Source: Octopus sinensis (Eukaryota). From it: a stretch of 64,000 nt of DNA. The stretch lies in assembly GCF_006345805.1 (NCBI RefSeq), contig NC_043019.1, positions 1,798,001 to 1,862,000 of the forward strand, written 5' to 3'. Position 1 is the first letter of the stretch; every line of letters starts with the position of its first letter. Position numbers and translations under genes: made by a program. Below, one piece after another: positions 39,355 to 52,440 of this stretch. The notes beneath the pieces are model-generated. The model did not search any database, was not told where the DNA came from, and saw nothing but the letters and a program-made list of their open reading frames with translations.

Positions 39355-39895
39355 GCACAGCATCATCATTATCATTACCACCATCTTCATCATCATAATC
39401 ATCATCATTATCTTTATTATTTTTCATCATTATCCGTCATCATTTCCTTCGCCATTATCATACTCCACCACCACCACTACTATCACCACTATCATCATCA
39501 TCGTCGTCATCATCGACCTCATTCTCATCAGCATCAGTATTATCTTCATCATCACCGGCATCATCTTTGTCTTCATAATCTTTCTCATCATCTTCATCAT
39601 TATCACCATCAATATAGTCGTCATCAGCACCACGACCACCATCATCATCATCATCACCATCATCATCTTCGTCGTCGTCGTTGTCGTCGTCATCATTAAC
39701 TTCATTATCATGCTCGTCAACATCTGCATCATCTTCATCACCACCAGAATCATCTTTGTCTTTATAATCCGTTTCATCATCTTCATCAGCGTCATCATCT
39801 TCATTCTCAACATCATCTTCATCATTACCATGAACATATTCATCATCATCATTATCATCATCATCACCATCATAATCATCATGATCATCATCATT

Positions 39896-39949
<54 letters not shown>

Positions 39950-39990
39950 GCCATCATAATCATCATCACCAAAATCATCTCCACAATCAT
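39355..39990. repeat. Degenerate (CAT)n trinucleotide tract
   Basis: Direct inspection; gives poly-D and poly-M ORFs on the minus strand. Confidence 0.9.
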
Positions 39991-40059
39991 GTGTGCATGT
40001 GAGTTTGCGTTGGGGAACGTGCAACTACCTCTCCTCAGTCTGACTGGCATCTGGGACAA

Positions 40060-40365
40060 GTGTCATTTACTATGATCTCGGACCGACGAAAGCCTTGTGA
40101 GTAGATTTGGTAACTGAACGAAGCCCGTCATATATGTGTGTGTTTATCTATTTGTGTCGTCGGTGTTTGTCACCCCATCCCCGCTTGACAACCGGTGTTG
40201 GTGTGTTTACGTCCCCGTAACTTAGCCTTTTGACAAAAGACAACGATGGAATAAGTACTAGGCTTAACAACTAAGTCTTGGGGTCTAATTGCTCGACTAA
40301 ATCTCCTTCAAGCTGGTGCTCCAGCATGGGCGCAGTCAAATGATTGAAGCAATTAAAAGAATAAC
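40060..40365 (+). mobile_element. 5'-truncated SINE family B-related copy
   Basis: aagccttgtgagtagatttgg..cttgacaaccggtgttggtgtgtttacgtccccgtaacttagc..ctccagcatgg. Confidence 0.7.
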
Positions 40366-41555
40366 TCCAGCCTTTCATAACACTTAATTCTTCATTCATC
40401 TTCGACGTAATGCTTTTCACGAAGTGTAAGAGTTATCTGCCCCTTCGAGTCACCAACTTATTTTACATATTATTAACTTTGGAGCTGTTCTTGCTACTTG
40501 TATTGCCAATGGGGTCTCTTTCATATTAATAGGAATAAACATGATGAAGGTTTGGTTGAATTGTTATGAGGTTAAGTTTCCCCGTAAGGTATCCATCATT
40601 GACATATCATATTCACGTATATCTGCACAGTCGAATCATTTAGTCAATCATTGTTAACAAAGCAATGCCGCGTAAGTAACACAAAATTTAAATTATTGGT
40701 GTGAAGCATCTGCATGATGTAAACATTATAGGTTTCTCATACATGTGTGTTGTTAAACGCCTTTTAGCTGATACAGTTCGTGGAAGGGAAATCCCTTCAA
40801 AGATGTAGCGTATTGAAAAGCACGGTACACGAATTGCTGCTCCCGAGAACGAAAAACGTATTGCCTCGAAGAACGAACAACGGTTATTGATATTTTGCTA
40901 TTATTTCATCTCATCGACGAAGTATACTGTTTTTCAACACATTACGTGTTTTAAGAGATTTTCGAAATACCGCCTCTAAAATGGTATAAAAACATACATA
41001 CATTATGCGACTTCGAGAAATCGGTGTAGAATAATTTAATTGACGTCAGCAACAAACAAATACCCTATGCCTCGGGAGTACGAAGGATACTATAATTAAT
41101 TTCTGAACCTGCTACAACAAGAGTAGAGCCAAATTTCCTTCAGATTACAATCTGTCTTCACAAAGAAGGAAAAGACAAATTACATAATGTAATTCAGGGG
41201 TAATTATTGAAAGACGAGATAGTCGCAGCTGGAATATTTTTCGTAGGCTTACTCGACCATAATTAACGTAGTACTGAACAGCAGCAAGGGCAACAACATT
41301 ACATGTGTGTTTGAAAAAAGATGAGATTTTTCAACGAAAAATTAATTGTAACAAAGTTTATATAATCTGTTAACTATATAACTTGTTCAATAAGGACAAG
41401 AATAATTATATGTCTCTCATAAGAGGTTAGACTTTCAACCAATGATAAATTTCATTATATAACATTTTCTTTATATAACTTGTTCAACAAGGACAAGAAC
41501 ACAAATGTCTCATATGTGACTGGGTGTTTTTAAACAATAATAAAATAATTGTGAT

Positions 41556-41691
41556 AAGGTTACGAACCACATGCTTCCCGGTTCAGTCCCACTGCGTGGC
41601 ACCTTGGGCAAATGTCTTCTACTATAGCCTCGGGTCGACCAAATACTTGTGAGTGGATTTAGTAGACGGAAGCTGAAAGAAACCCGTCGTA

Positions 41692-41760
<69 letters not shown>

Positions 41761-41970
41761 TTGTGTGTCTGTGTTTGCTCCCTAACATCGCATGACAACC
41801 GATGCTGGTGTGTTTACGCCCCCGTCACTTAGCGGTTCGGCAAAACCGACCGATAGAATAAGTACTGGGCTTACAAATACTAAGTCCTCGGTTCTATTTG
41901 CTCGATTAAAGGCGGTGCTTCAGCATGGCCACAGTCAAATGACTGAAACAAGTAAAAGAGTAAAAGAGTA
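41556..41970 (+). mobile_element. SINE family B
   Basis: B-box ccggttcagtccc, central (TA)/(TG), tail (gtaaaaga)n. Confidence 0.88.
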
Positions 41971-42199
41971 AGGTCCATTATATAAATTATTCTAAAGACA
42001 TTCTTCGGAGAATAGATGTTTCTCTCTAATCATTCCAGAAAACTCTGCCACACACATTTCTTGTTTGTAGGATTCGAAATCAGTATTCCGTATCAAGGAA
42101 ATATCTACTCACTTCTGTGACCACATTTCTATTTAAGTACACTCATTTAGTTTTCATTAATAAAGGCCTTCGATACAAACCTATACACAGAAACGTACA

Positions 42200-42572
42200 C
42201 ATACGCATACATATATACATGCATATATCGTATTAAATATATATGCATGTATATAAGTATATACATGCATATTTATATGTACACGTGCACTCACGATTAC
42301 ATGTACATATCTGTACATGTATGCATATAAACATATATGTGTGTGTATATGTATATATGTATGTATACACATATATACGTATACACTCGCATATATATAT
42401 ATATATATGCATACATGTAAAAAATGTCTAGTGAGTGTATGTATACATACACACTGATAGATAGATAGATAGATAGATAGATGGATAGATAGATAGACAG
42501 ATAGACAGACAGACAGACATATATATATAAATAGATAGATAGATATACAGACAGACAGACAGACATTCAGAC

Positions 42573-42635
<63 letters not shown>

Positions 42636-42637
42636 TC

Positions 42638-42703
<66 letters not shown>

Positions 42704-42708
42704 CAGAC

Positions 42709-42769
<61 letters not shown>

Positions 42770-42802
42770 TACAGATAGACAGACATATAAATAGATAGAG
42801 AG

Positions 42803-42833
<31 letters not shown>

Positions 42834-42864
42834 GATGGATATACAGATAGACAGACAGACAGAC

Positions 42865-42940
<76 letters not shown>
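42200..42940. repeat. (TA)/(CA) then long (GATA)n/(GACA)n tetranucleotide array
   Basis: Direct inspection. Confidence 0.92.
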
Positions 42941-43907
42941 GAGCATTCCTTACACATGGTACGGTTTTTAGTTGGAGATTTCAGCCGTATTACGAAACTC
43001 TGCTCAGCATGGAAGCGTAACTTTAGGTATTACAGAGTACATTATTAAATTTGGAGAAAACTTGATCGATAGTCAGCATAATGCGAAATCTGCAAATTCT
43101 GCCAAAAGTGGTGCATCGGTACAAGAGGATCGAGGTAACGGCCTTGATATTCTATTTCCAATCGATCCAAACATTAAAAAGCAAATAGCACGAAGAATAA
43201 AGCAAAAAGTGCATCCGTACATAAGAATACCAATAATGTGAAAATTAATCTATTAAAAAATGCATGTTGAAAATAGGAAAGTAAGTCCGCTGGGAGTGTT
43301 CGGAATGAGTGATATATGTACTGATAGTGGTTTTCACCAATGCAATCGATGTATGTTAAAACAACAAAAGCAGCGAACAAAATATCCATAGCTGGCAGAG
43401 CGTAAAGCCTCTATTGAACTACAATACAATAGAAAACCCATAGACGTTCGCCCACTCCATTTATCTATATATCTAAACCAATTACGTTACTACAGATGTA
43501 TGCCTGCAGTTACAGACACACAAACACGCCCGCTTCTGTATTGATTGTCGGATGGGGAAATCCCCTGGAAACAAGGCTGCTTCCAATATACCAATATAGT
43601 AAATACGGTGTGCACCAAAGCTGTTCTGTGTCGAAATGTAATGCGCCAGAATGATGCATTGGAGTCGCAGCGATTTAAATAGCAGATAAATCATTCAGCT
43701 CGTGGGATGATATTTCTTTCTCAATCCCAATGCTCTGAAACGATATGAGGGCGGTTTCTACCCAACGGTTCGCTTGATATTTTAAAGCTAAGTTTAAGGA
43801 GGGCTGCCTCTGAGAGTTTCTTGCCATAGAGATGGTGAGGAAACAATTGTAACTAACAATTAAAGATGCGTTAAAGAATTTTCCTTGTGTTCTTTATTTC
43901 ACTGGAA

Positions 43908-43970
<63 letters not shown>

Positions 43971-44143
43971 TAGTTGAATGAATTATCTTAGTATGGATAA
44001 TTCGGTTAACCGATACCTGGGTAGCAAATTCACGTCAGAAAAACACGGTTGAAGCTACATGCCAAGGGCAGAGATCACATGCTTTCGTGTGGAAATTTGT
44101 GTGTTTTTTAACACAAATAAATGAAAGAATGGAGTTGAACGAC

Positions 44144-44197
44144 GATGACTGCCCACACAGAGTCCATAGCGCTATGGACTCTGTGTGGGCAGTCATC
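44144..44197. repeat. Perfect 54-bp palindrome
   Basis: gatgactgcccacacagagtccatagc|gctatggactctgtgtgggcagtcatc. Confidence 0.95.
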
Positions 44198-44233
44198 TAA
44201 GAGTTTTTGTTCATCTTGATGCTGGCATAAGTT

Positions 44234-44328
44234 CCTTGTTTTTCCTGATGAGAAGGCGGCATAATGCACCCCTTATTCCTTCGAAATTAGGAATATGCAG
44301 CCTTCGAAACATATGTCGAGAATAAAGG
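44234..44328 (+). ncRNA. Canonical type I hammerhead ribozyme
   Basis: Stem I CCTTGTTTTTC/GAGAATAAAGG (9 of 11 paired); CTGATGA; stem II GAAGG/CCTTC; GAAA; stem III ACATATGT; GUC triplet, predicted cut after C44317. Confidence 0.82.
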
Positions 44329-44399
44329 AATTTTGTTAAATCGTCGTTCAACTCCATTCTTTCATTTATTATATATATATATATATATATATTTGGCAA

Positions 44400-45900
44400 A
44401 TGAAAGGCGGAATATGGACAATCCGAGAATTTATTATTAATCACGACAATTGTTTCGACACATCTAGCATCGATTCCTCATGTGTGGGATACTCAATACG
44501 ATTGTTACAAGAGCATCAGGTGGTGCAGATATATCTTGTCGGGTGATAAATAAATACAACTCGTTAATGTGACTGTTCCGCAATGTAACTTTCCGTCTTG
44601 TAGGTGGAAAAGTAGCCAGACGGAGGAAATATCTTCATTTATATCGAAGATCAAAAATACAATTGCAGATGACAAAAAGAGAAACGAACACGCAATCCAG
44701 CGAGAAAAGTATTAAAAATAACCTTTAACTGATATGGATGTATAAACGCCCTCGAGCAAGCTGCTTGGCGCGAGTACACTCGCTCATACCAGCATCCGCA
44801 AAAATGTGAACATACGCACAGGTGAGGTTTGGTGCACTCATGATCACAAAGCTAGTTATCTATCTACGTGGTGTTTGTAAGAATGGGTTGGTTAAATAAA
44901 AAACTTAAGTCATCCATACCTTAAAGTAAATTAAATTAAGTTATGGTTACTCAAAATCCAGTCCCACTGCACTGTGCGAAAGTGCAATTATATGCATGTA
45001 GGCATCTCGGGAGCCGTTCAGAAATTCTATTAACGATCTTCTTAGTGCACAGAATAGACAGGGATTTTTCGGAGCAGAAACGGCATCTCCTGGAAATTAT
45101 ATTGTAAGGTTTTGCGTACTTTACTATGAACCAATTAATGCTGTACTTTATTTTATCCCCCTGCAGTCGTCATACATACTCTGCCAAAGATGTTGAATGT
45201 CTCTTGTTGATTGTCTTAAAGCTGGTAACATGTTTACGATAGCGATTTTTAAACATATGGTCCTCCCCTTGTATGCACAGTACATTTATATAAAGATTGG
45301 TACTCATACAGGGATTCATCAAAGGACATTTCGATGTTTCTCTGCATGAGCATTTATCGTATTTATTTGTATATAAGGCAGTCCCGACTCCATTTAGCGG
45401 CGTTGTTACCGTGTTAGCTATATCATAAGTATTTCTACTACTACAAATTGGTCGTAGTCGGTGGTTATCATTGCGGTTGATATCATTGGTTGGTATTTAG
45501 ATGCAAATGTTCGCTAGATCCAGTAGGTAGATTATTGAAACTTTGGTACGTTTTGCTGTTGTTTATGCGATGCATAAGCTGGTCTAAATTAGCAGAGTGG
45601 TGTAGGATACCTTCACGGTGTGTCGATTAAAAATAGTAAGATACCGATTAGGTTTAGGAAAACACTTGTCCAAAGCAGCAAAAAAATTTACCAGCGATCT
45701 TCGTTGAAACATGCAAACCGAAAATCGGGTTGAACCAGAGGACATCCTGATTCCTGGATCTGTTATTAGGCTTATTTGATCGATTGTGTAGTACAGGATT
45801 GGAACAAGCAGTCGGATTATTATGTCGCGTGTGTCTATGAGTTCTCGTTGGTAGTTCGTTGACATGACCAATACTTTCTGGCCTTTTCATTGACCCCAAT
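44400..45900 (-). mobile_element. 3' portion of a Penelope-like element (linker, GIY-YIG domain, pLTR with sense HHR remnant)
   Basis: Degenerate frames: VLWFNPIF..LDKCFPKPNRYLTIFNRHTVKVSY, CSCRETSKCPL, FKNRYRKHVTSF..STSLAEYV..YSINWFIV..PYN..CRFCSEK; HHR-like motif at 44440-44525. Confidence 0.8.
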
Positions 45901-45914
45901 GTTTCACTGGCATT

Positions 45915-46245
45915 TAATTTATCGACCCCGAAATAATGAAAAGCTGAGTCGAACCCGGTGGAACTTGAACTCAGAACATTAAGACAAACAAAATGCTGTT
46001 AAGCATTTTGCCCGGCGTACTAACGATTCCGCCAGTTCGATGCCTTTGATAATCATTTCTGCAATAATCATTTCTGCGAAAGTGGATCACATGATCTCAG
46101 CACTTGTCTGGTAATTAATTTATCGACCCCGAAAGGACGAAAGGGAAGTTCAACCTCGGCGGAATTTGAACTCAGATCTTGCAGACGGATACAATACCGC
46201 TGAGTGTTTTGCCCGGCGAGATAATGATTCTGTCAGCTAACCACG
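45915..46245 (-). mobile_element. Two degenerate SINE family A copies
   Basis: tttatcgaccccgaaa..ggaa(c/t)ttgaactcaga occurs twice. Confidence 0.7.
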
Positions 46246-46689
46246 TTAATGTAATTAGATAATGCGAAATATTTGTCCAAGGCATTTTCTGTAACATTTC
46301 CAACAGATATGGTATTAATTAATGAATAATTATAATGCTGGGTAACTGTTCTTTCTATTTGCCTTTCATATTTGTCTATGATATTGGCCTTTCAGATGAC
46401 TCTCATTCTGGCCACGTCTTTCATCACGTTTGATTTGATAAAGCAAGTACAAGTAACATATATGGGCCAGTTTAATGAAAGTATCATTGTCAGTTGAGAA
46501 TGTATGGGTTGACCCTTCATCATCAGCTTTCCATGTTGCACCGAAGCCAACTAGTGTGACTCTTTGTTGTTGCGCGATTAGTAACAAATATCAGTCATAT
46601 TTCTTTCAGATCATAGTTTGCGCATTGCGATAATATATCTCGGGGTTATGCAATACACACATACACAAATGAACCCACAAACAAGCGCA

Positions 46690-46798
46690 TATATGTATAT
46701 GTGTGGGTACATAGGCTCATACATATATATAAGTAAATAAATATATATATATATATATACATACGTATGTATGCATATGTATATGTATATAAGTATGT

Positions 46799-46832
<34 letters not shown>

Positions 46833-46939
46833 CGTATGTATGCATATGTATATGTATATAAGTGTGTAAATATATATGTGTGAATGTATATATATATACA
46901 TTGTATATATATATACATGTATATATATATATATATATA

Positions 46940-46982
<43 letters not shown>

Positions 46983-46988
46983 ATATAT

Positions 46989-47034
<46 letters not shown>

Positions 47035-47110
47035 ATATTATATATATATATATTATATATATATATATTATATATATATATATGTATATATGCATGTGTA
47101 TGTGTGTGCG
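46690..47110. repeat. (TA)n-rich microsatellite
   Basis: Direct inspection. Confidence 0.9.
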
Positions 47111-47615
47111 TTTATATTATTATATCTACACACACATACTCGATAAATCATTTTGATATGAAATATGTGTATACAATATGTATATATATATATATATACA
47201 TGTATGTTTATTACCCTTATATCATATCAAATGATTTATCGAATTATCTGTCTATAACGTGCTAATTGCATTGTAGAAATCTAATGAAGTTTATAGTAGA
47301 TCATTCGGCGAAATGGATAATTAAATTTTAAATAGTTGTATCGTTATTAGGTAATATCTAATAAATGAATTTGCCAGACAATGGGTAATGATATTCGCCA
47401 TTGTGTTAGATAATATATATATAGTTATTGATGTGAACGAAGACTCCATAAAGCATTTTTAGGTAATACTTTAAATACTTATTCTATCACTAGATGACAT
47501 CATCGTATAGTAACTGGAGTTGATATAAATATTGGTGTATATTAAGAATTGGTAATTGGCGAAAGGAGGTGGAGCTTCCCTCGCGGTTGCTAGACAAGCT
47601 ACAAGTAGCGATCCT

Positions 47616-47835
47616 ACTCTTACACTTTTATTCTTTTAACCTGTTTCAGTCATTTGACTGCGGCCATGCTGGAGCACCGCCTTTAGTCGAGCAAATCGAC
47701 CCCCAGGACTTATTCTTTGTAAGCCCAGTACTTATTCTATCGGTCTCTTTTTTGCCGAACCGCTAAGTGACGGGGACGTAAACACACCAGCATCGGTTCT
47801 CAAGCAATGCTAGGGGGACAAACACAGGCACACAA

Positions 47836-47916
<81 letters not shown>

Positions 47917-48097
47917 ATATATATACATATATACGACAGGCTTCTTTCAGTTTCCGTCTACCAAATCCACTCACAAGGCATTGGTCGGCCCGGGGCTATA
48001 GCAGAAGACACTTGCCCAAGATGCCACGCAGTGGGACTGAACCCGGAACCATGTGGTTGGTAAGCAAGCTACTTACCACACAGCCACTCCTACGCCT
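47616..48097 (-). mobile_element. Full-length young SINE family B
   Basis: Head aggcgtaggagtggctgtgtggtaagtagcttgc..ccgggttcagtccc on the minus strand. Confidence 0.9.
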
Positions 48098-48262
48098 ATT
48101 GATTTTAAATTACAAACTTCATCCAGAAGTAGGATACATGAAGTTATAAGGTATTCGAGTGCTTCAATAGTGATACAGATGAAATGAGAATCGTTGGAAG
48201 GCTTTTGATGCTAAATCTATCTCTTAGGACTGATTTGCATTTAAAGTATAACTGACTTTCTC

Positions 48263-48651
48263 GAGTGGAGGCGCAATAGCCCAGTGGTTAGGGCAGCGGA
48301 CTCGCGGTCATAGGATCGCGGCTTCGATTCCCAGACCGGGTGTTGTGAGTGTTTATTGAGCGAAAACACCTAAAGCCCCCATGAGGCTCCGGCACTGGAT
48401 GGTGGTGATCCCTGCTGTACTATTTCACCACAACTTTCACTCACTCTCTTACTTCCCGTTTCTGTTGTACCTGTATTTCAAAGGGCCGGCCTTGTCACTC
48501 TCTGTGTCACGCTGAATATCCCCGAGAACTACGTTAAAGGTACACGTGTCTGTGGAGTGCTCAGCCACTTACACGTTAATTTCACGAGCAGGCTGTTCCG
48601 TTGATTCGGATCAACCGGAAACCTCGTCGTCGTAACCGACGGAGTGCTTCC
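48263..48651 (+). mobile_element. SINE sharing the family C head but with a different body; 15-bp TSD
   Basis: Head gtggaggcgcaatagcccagtggttagggc..gcttcgattccc; TSD ataactgactttctc at 48248-48262 and 48652-48666. Confidence 0.9.
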
Positions 48652-49684
48652 ATAACTGACTTTCTCAACTGATTCAGACACTGAAGCCAACGGGAAGATT
48701 TTTTCCCTATGTAATGTAAGAAAAGAATTCAACGCAAGTCAATGAAATCATGTTATTTTATTTAAATAGAATTTTGTTTCATCTCAGATATTAAAGTAGC
48801 ATTTGATACATTTATCTTAAATGTATCTTAAAGGTTTGTGTTTGGGGTTGAATTTATGGCTTTCACATTTATGACTTTATGGCTTTCACATTTATGACTT
48901 GCCCTTCCTCTCTCTATAAATAGAAAAATTCTTGTATGTCTCCATTGAACCAAATAAGAAACCCCCTCCCCATTGATAAATCTAAATAACAAAGTGAACT
49001 CAGTGATAAAATATCTGCCTATGGGGAAGACCTTCTACTACCATGTTCTTAATGGTGAAATTAACCTCTCCGTCTATACAACTACCCTTTTTGTAATGTT
49101 GGCAAATGGAATAGGTATAAAAATGTATATTGTCTATTTATTTTAAAAATTCTATATGTGGCTGAAGATTGCTCTACATTTTAAAACCGATGTAATACTT
49201 GCCTTGTTTAATAAAATGAAACGATTGTACTACACTACCTTGGATATCCTTGTTGCTTATTTTGATTATATATATACCTACATATATATATATATATTTG
49301 TGTTTGTGTGTGTGTATGTGTCTACAATATTCTCAGTGAAGATTATTATCATTGCGTGTCTTTGTTAATACCCAACATTCATAGTTGTAAGAGATATGCC
49401 TTCGGCTCTAGTTCTCTTGTAAACTGATTAAATCGAAGTCCACCTATCTACAGTAGTTTAGTCTGGACAATAATTAAGACTTGCTATTAAATATAAAACT
49501 TAATATACATCATTATATACGTATAGCCGAAGATAGATTGTGCATTAGCAGGATGAAAAGAAAGGCAGCGGGAGAAAATGCCATGAAGGTGTGTTACGTA
49601 CTTCATGGTATTTAGTTTCGGTGTTCGAATCACTCCATGACAAAATCTTCATTTACTCTTTCAAGAGGGCAATAAATAAATATC

Positions 49685-50080
49685 CTTTCTATTATAGGCA
49701 CAAGGCCTGAAATTTTGGGGAATGGATATTCAATTACATCGACCCTAGTATTCAACTGGTACTAATCTTATCGACCCCGAAAGGATGAAAGGTAAAGTCG
49801 ACTTCGGCGGAATTTGAACTCAGAATGTATCGATGAGTGAAATACGTATTTCTTTACTACCCACAAGGGGCTAAACACAGAGGGGACAAACAAGGACAGA
49901 CAAACGGATTAAGTCGATTATATGGACCCCAGTGCGTAACTGGTACTTAATTTATCGACACCGAAAAAAATGAAGGGCAAAGTCGACCTCGGGGGAATTT
50001 GAACTCAGAACGTAGCGGCAGACGAAATACCGCTAGGTATTTTGTGCAGCGTGCCAACAATTCTGCTAGCTCGCTGGCAA
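49685..50080 (-). mobile_element. Two stacked SINE family A copies
   Basis: Same organisation as 672-1249. Confidence 0.82.
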
Positions 50081-50264
50081 TAATTAAGTATCAATTACAA
50101 AAATCTATAGATTTTATGAATTTGAAATAATAAACCTCATGATTTTGCTTGTCCATTCTTGCTCTCTACATTTTGACATGTTCCGAAACAGGTGGCAGCA
50201 ACATTACTAATCATATCAGATCACTGTATAAGAAAGGTAAGGACACATTCATCCACGCAACACC

Positions 50265-50265
<1 letters not shown>

Positions 50266-50313
<48 letters not shown>

Positions 50314-50345
50314 TAATAATAATAATAATAATAGTAATAATAATA

Positions 50346-50395
<50 letters not shown>

Positions 50396-50484
50396 TAATA
50401 GTAAAATAATAATAATAATAGTAATAATAATAAATAATAATAATAATATAATAATAAATAATAATAATGATAATGATAATAATA

Positions 50485-50530
<46 letters not shown>
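50266..50530. repeat. (AAT)n microsatellite
   Basis: Direct inspection. Confidence 0.95.
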
Positions 50531-51725
50531 ATATTTTATGTTTTAACATTTGTTTGTATCAGTCACGAAATTTCAGTTATGCTGGGGCAATACCATGAAA
50601 TGTTTTAGTGTAATCAATCGATATTTATTCTTTCACGGTCTTTCGCCGATATGCTAAGTTACGAGGACGTAAACAACTCAACACCGGTTGTCAAATGGTG
50701 GGGAGGAGCAGAAACACACAAACGTGTATGAGTATATGCATATATACAGATTTAACAATATCATGTTTAGAAACATATACATCCAGAGGTTCCCATTTTG
50801 GGAGGTATTGCCCTGTTGGAGGCGGTGGAAAGTTCCAAGGGGGCGCTGAAGAAAAGTGGGGCGATAATGGGGAAGCGACTCATCTAAAAAGTGGGGTGAT
50901 AATGGCATGGCGATTCACGTGAAAGCAACAAAATAATGAGTTCATTAGGTTAAGTTTTATTTGTGAAATAGAATTACTTTGAATTTGCTTGAGAAAGGTT
51001 TGTGTTTGTGATGGTTGGTTGGGGTGGGAGCGCTAGGAATGTGGTCTGGGTGCCAAAGGGGGGTCCCAGAAAAATTTTGGGAACCATTTCTCTTTTATTA
51101 TTAAATAATGAAAGAGAAATTCCGTCTGTCCATCTTGGACTCCTGTGTCTCAGCCTATATTTGCTCTACAGAGACATATTATACACTTTTGGAATCAGGA
51201 TACTCCCAGGATTGAAAATCTGCCCTTCATTTCGTTCTTGGATATCCAGCATTGAGATTTAACTTTAAATCATTTGAGTTGCTATTTCTAGCAGTTAAAG
51301 CTTCGCTGTCTCATGCCATCTTGGTGGCGTTTGTCAGATGACGACAGATATGAAGGGGGAATAAACGACGTTCGCTTCGTTAATTTTATGCCGAGAGAAG
51401 AACTTTGAGACAAGTTGGTCAACAGCTGGAATCAAACTTAGGACTGGAACAATAGAATTATTGCATTGCAAAATTAATTCTCATCCATCCTTAACCTCTG
51501 ATCAAACACCATCGGGGCATATAGTCATTAGAAGCCTATTATAGTCATGTTATTTTGCTCTCTTTATTTTGGGGGTGCAGTCCCAATTTACCCTCCGCAG
51601 AAGCTAGCTTAAAAGTCCAAACAGAGTGCAGCGTTTTAGCCAGTCATTAATATAACATTGTTGTCGTTCTTCACTGCATATTATTTCACTTTAGCAAATC
51701 TATAAGGCATCTGGCAGTCAGGGTT

Positions 51726-52440
51726 CCTTATATATATTTCTTTACTGCCCACAAGTGGCTAAACATAGAGGGAACAAACAAGGTCAAACAAACGGATTAA
51801 TTCGGTTACATCGACCCCAGTGCTAAAATGGTACTTTATTTATCGACCCCGAAAGGATGAAAGGCAAAGTCGAATTTTAACTCAGAACGTAACGACAGAC
51901 GAAATACCGCTAAGCATTCCGCCCGGCCTGCTAAAGTTTCTGCAAGCTCGCCGCCATATATATTCGAATCTTTAGGCATCATCGTGGGTAAGATTTGTTC
52001 GTTGCGTTTCTTCCATCTTTATATTCTGAGCTCAAATTCCGCGGGCTCGATGAAAATAAGTACCAGTTATGTTCTGTGCCTAGAATATATTTCTTTATTA
52101 CCCACAAGGGGCTACACATAGAGGGGACAATAAGGACGGACAAAGGGATTAAATCGATTACATCGACCCCAGTGCGTTACTGGTACTTAATTTATCGACC
52201 CGGAAGGATGAAAGGCAAAGTCGACAGGAGAGTTATGCCGAACAAAATTGTTCTCAGATTTCTTTTAGCTTTATGCTCTATGTTTAAATTCCGCCGAGGT
52301 CGATTTTGCCTTTCATCCTTTCGGGGTTGTTAACAATAATTACCAGTTAAGCATTGAGGCCGATACAATCGATTATCCCAGTGCCAAAATTTCAGGCCTG
52401 TTGCCTTTAATAGAATGGATTATTGGATTATTATGACTTC
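51726..52440. mobile_element. Cluster of SINE family A copies in both orientations
   Basis: Minus copies at about 51726-51955 and 52085-52228; plus copies at about 51960-52070 and 52260-52440. Confidence 0.72.

Noticed and set aside
42972-43700. Non-repetitive short ORFs (89, 71 and 70 aa)
   Set aside because: No recognisable motifs or consistent exon structure; cannot be supported without a search.
44604-44820. Possible exon (ttccgtcttgtag acceptor, CAG|gtgagg donor)
   Set aside because: No continuous open frame was found, and it lies within the PLE 3' repeat region.
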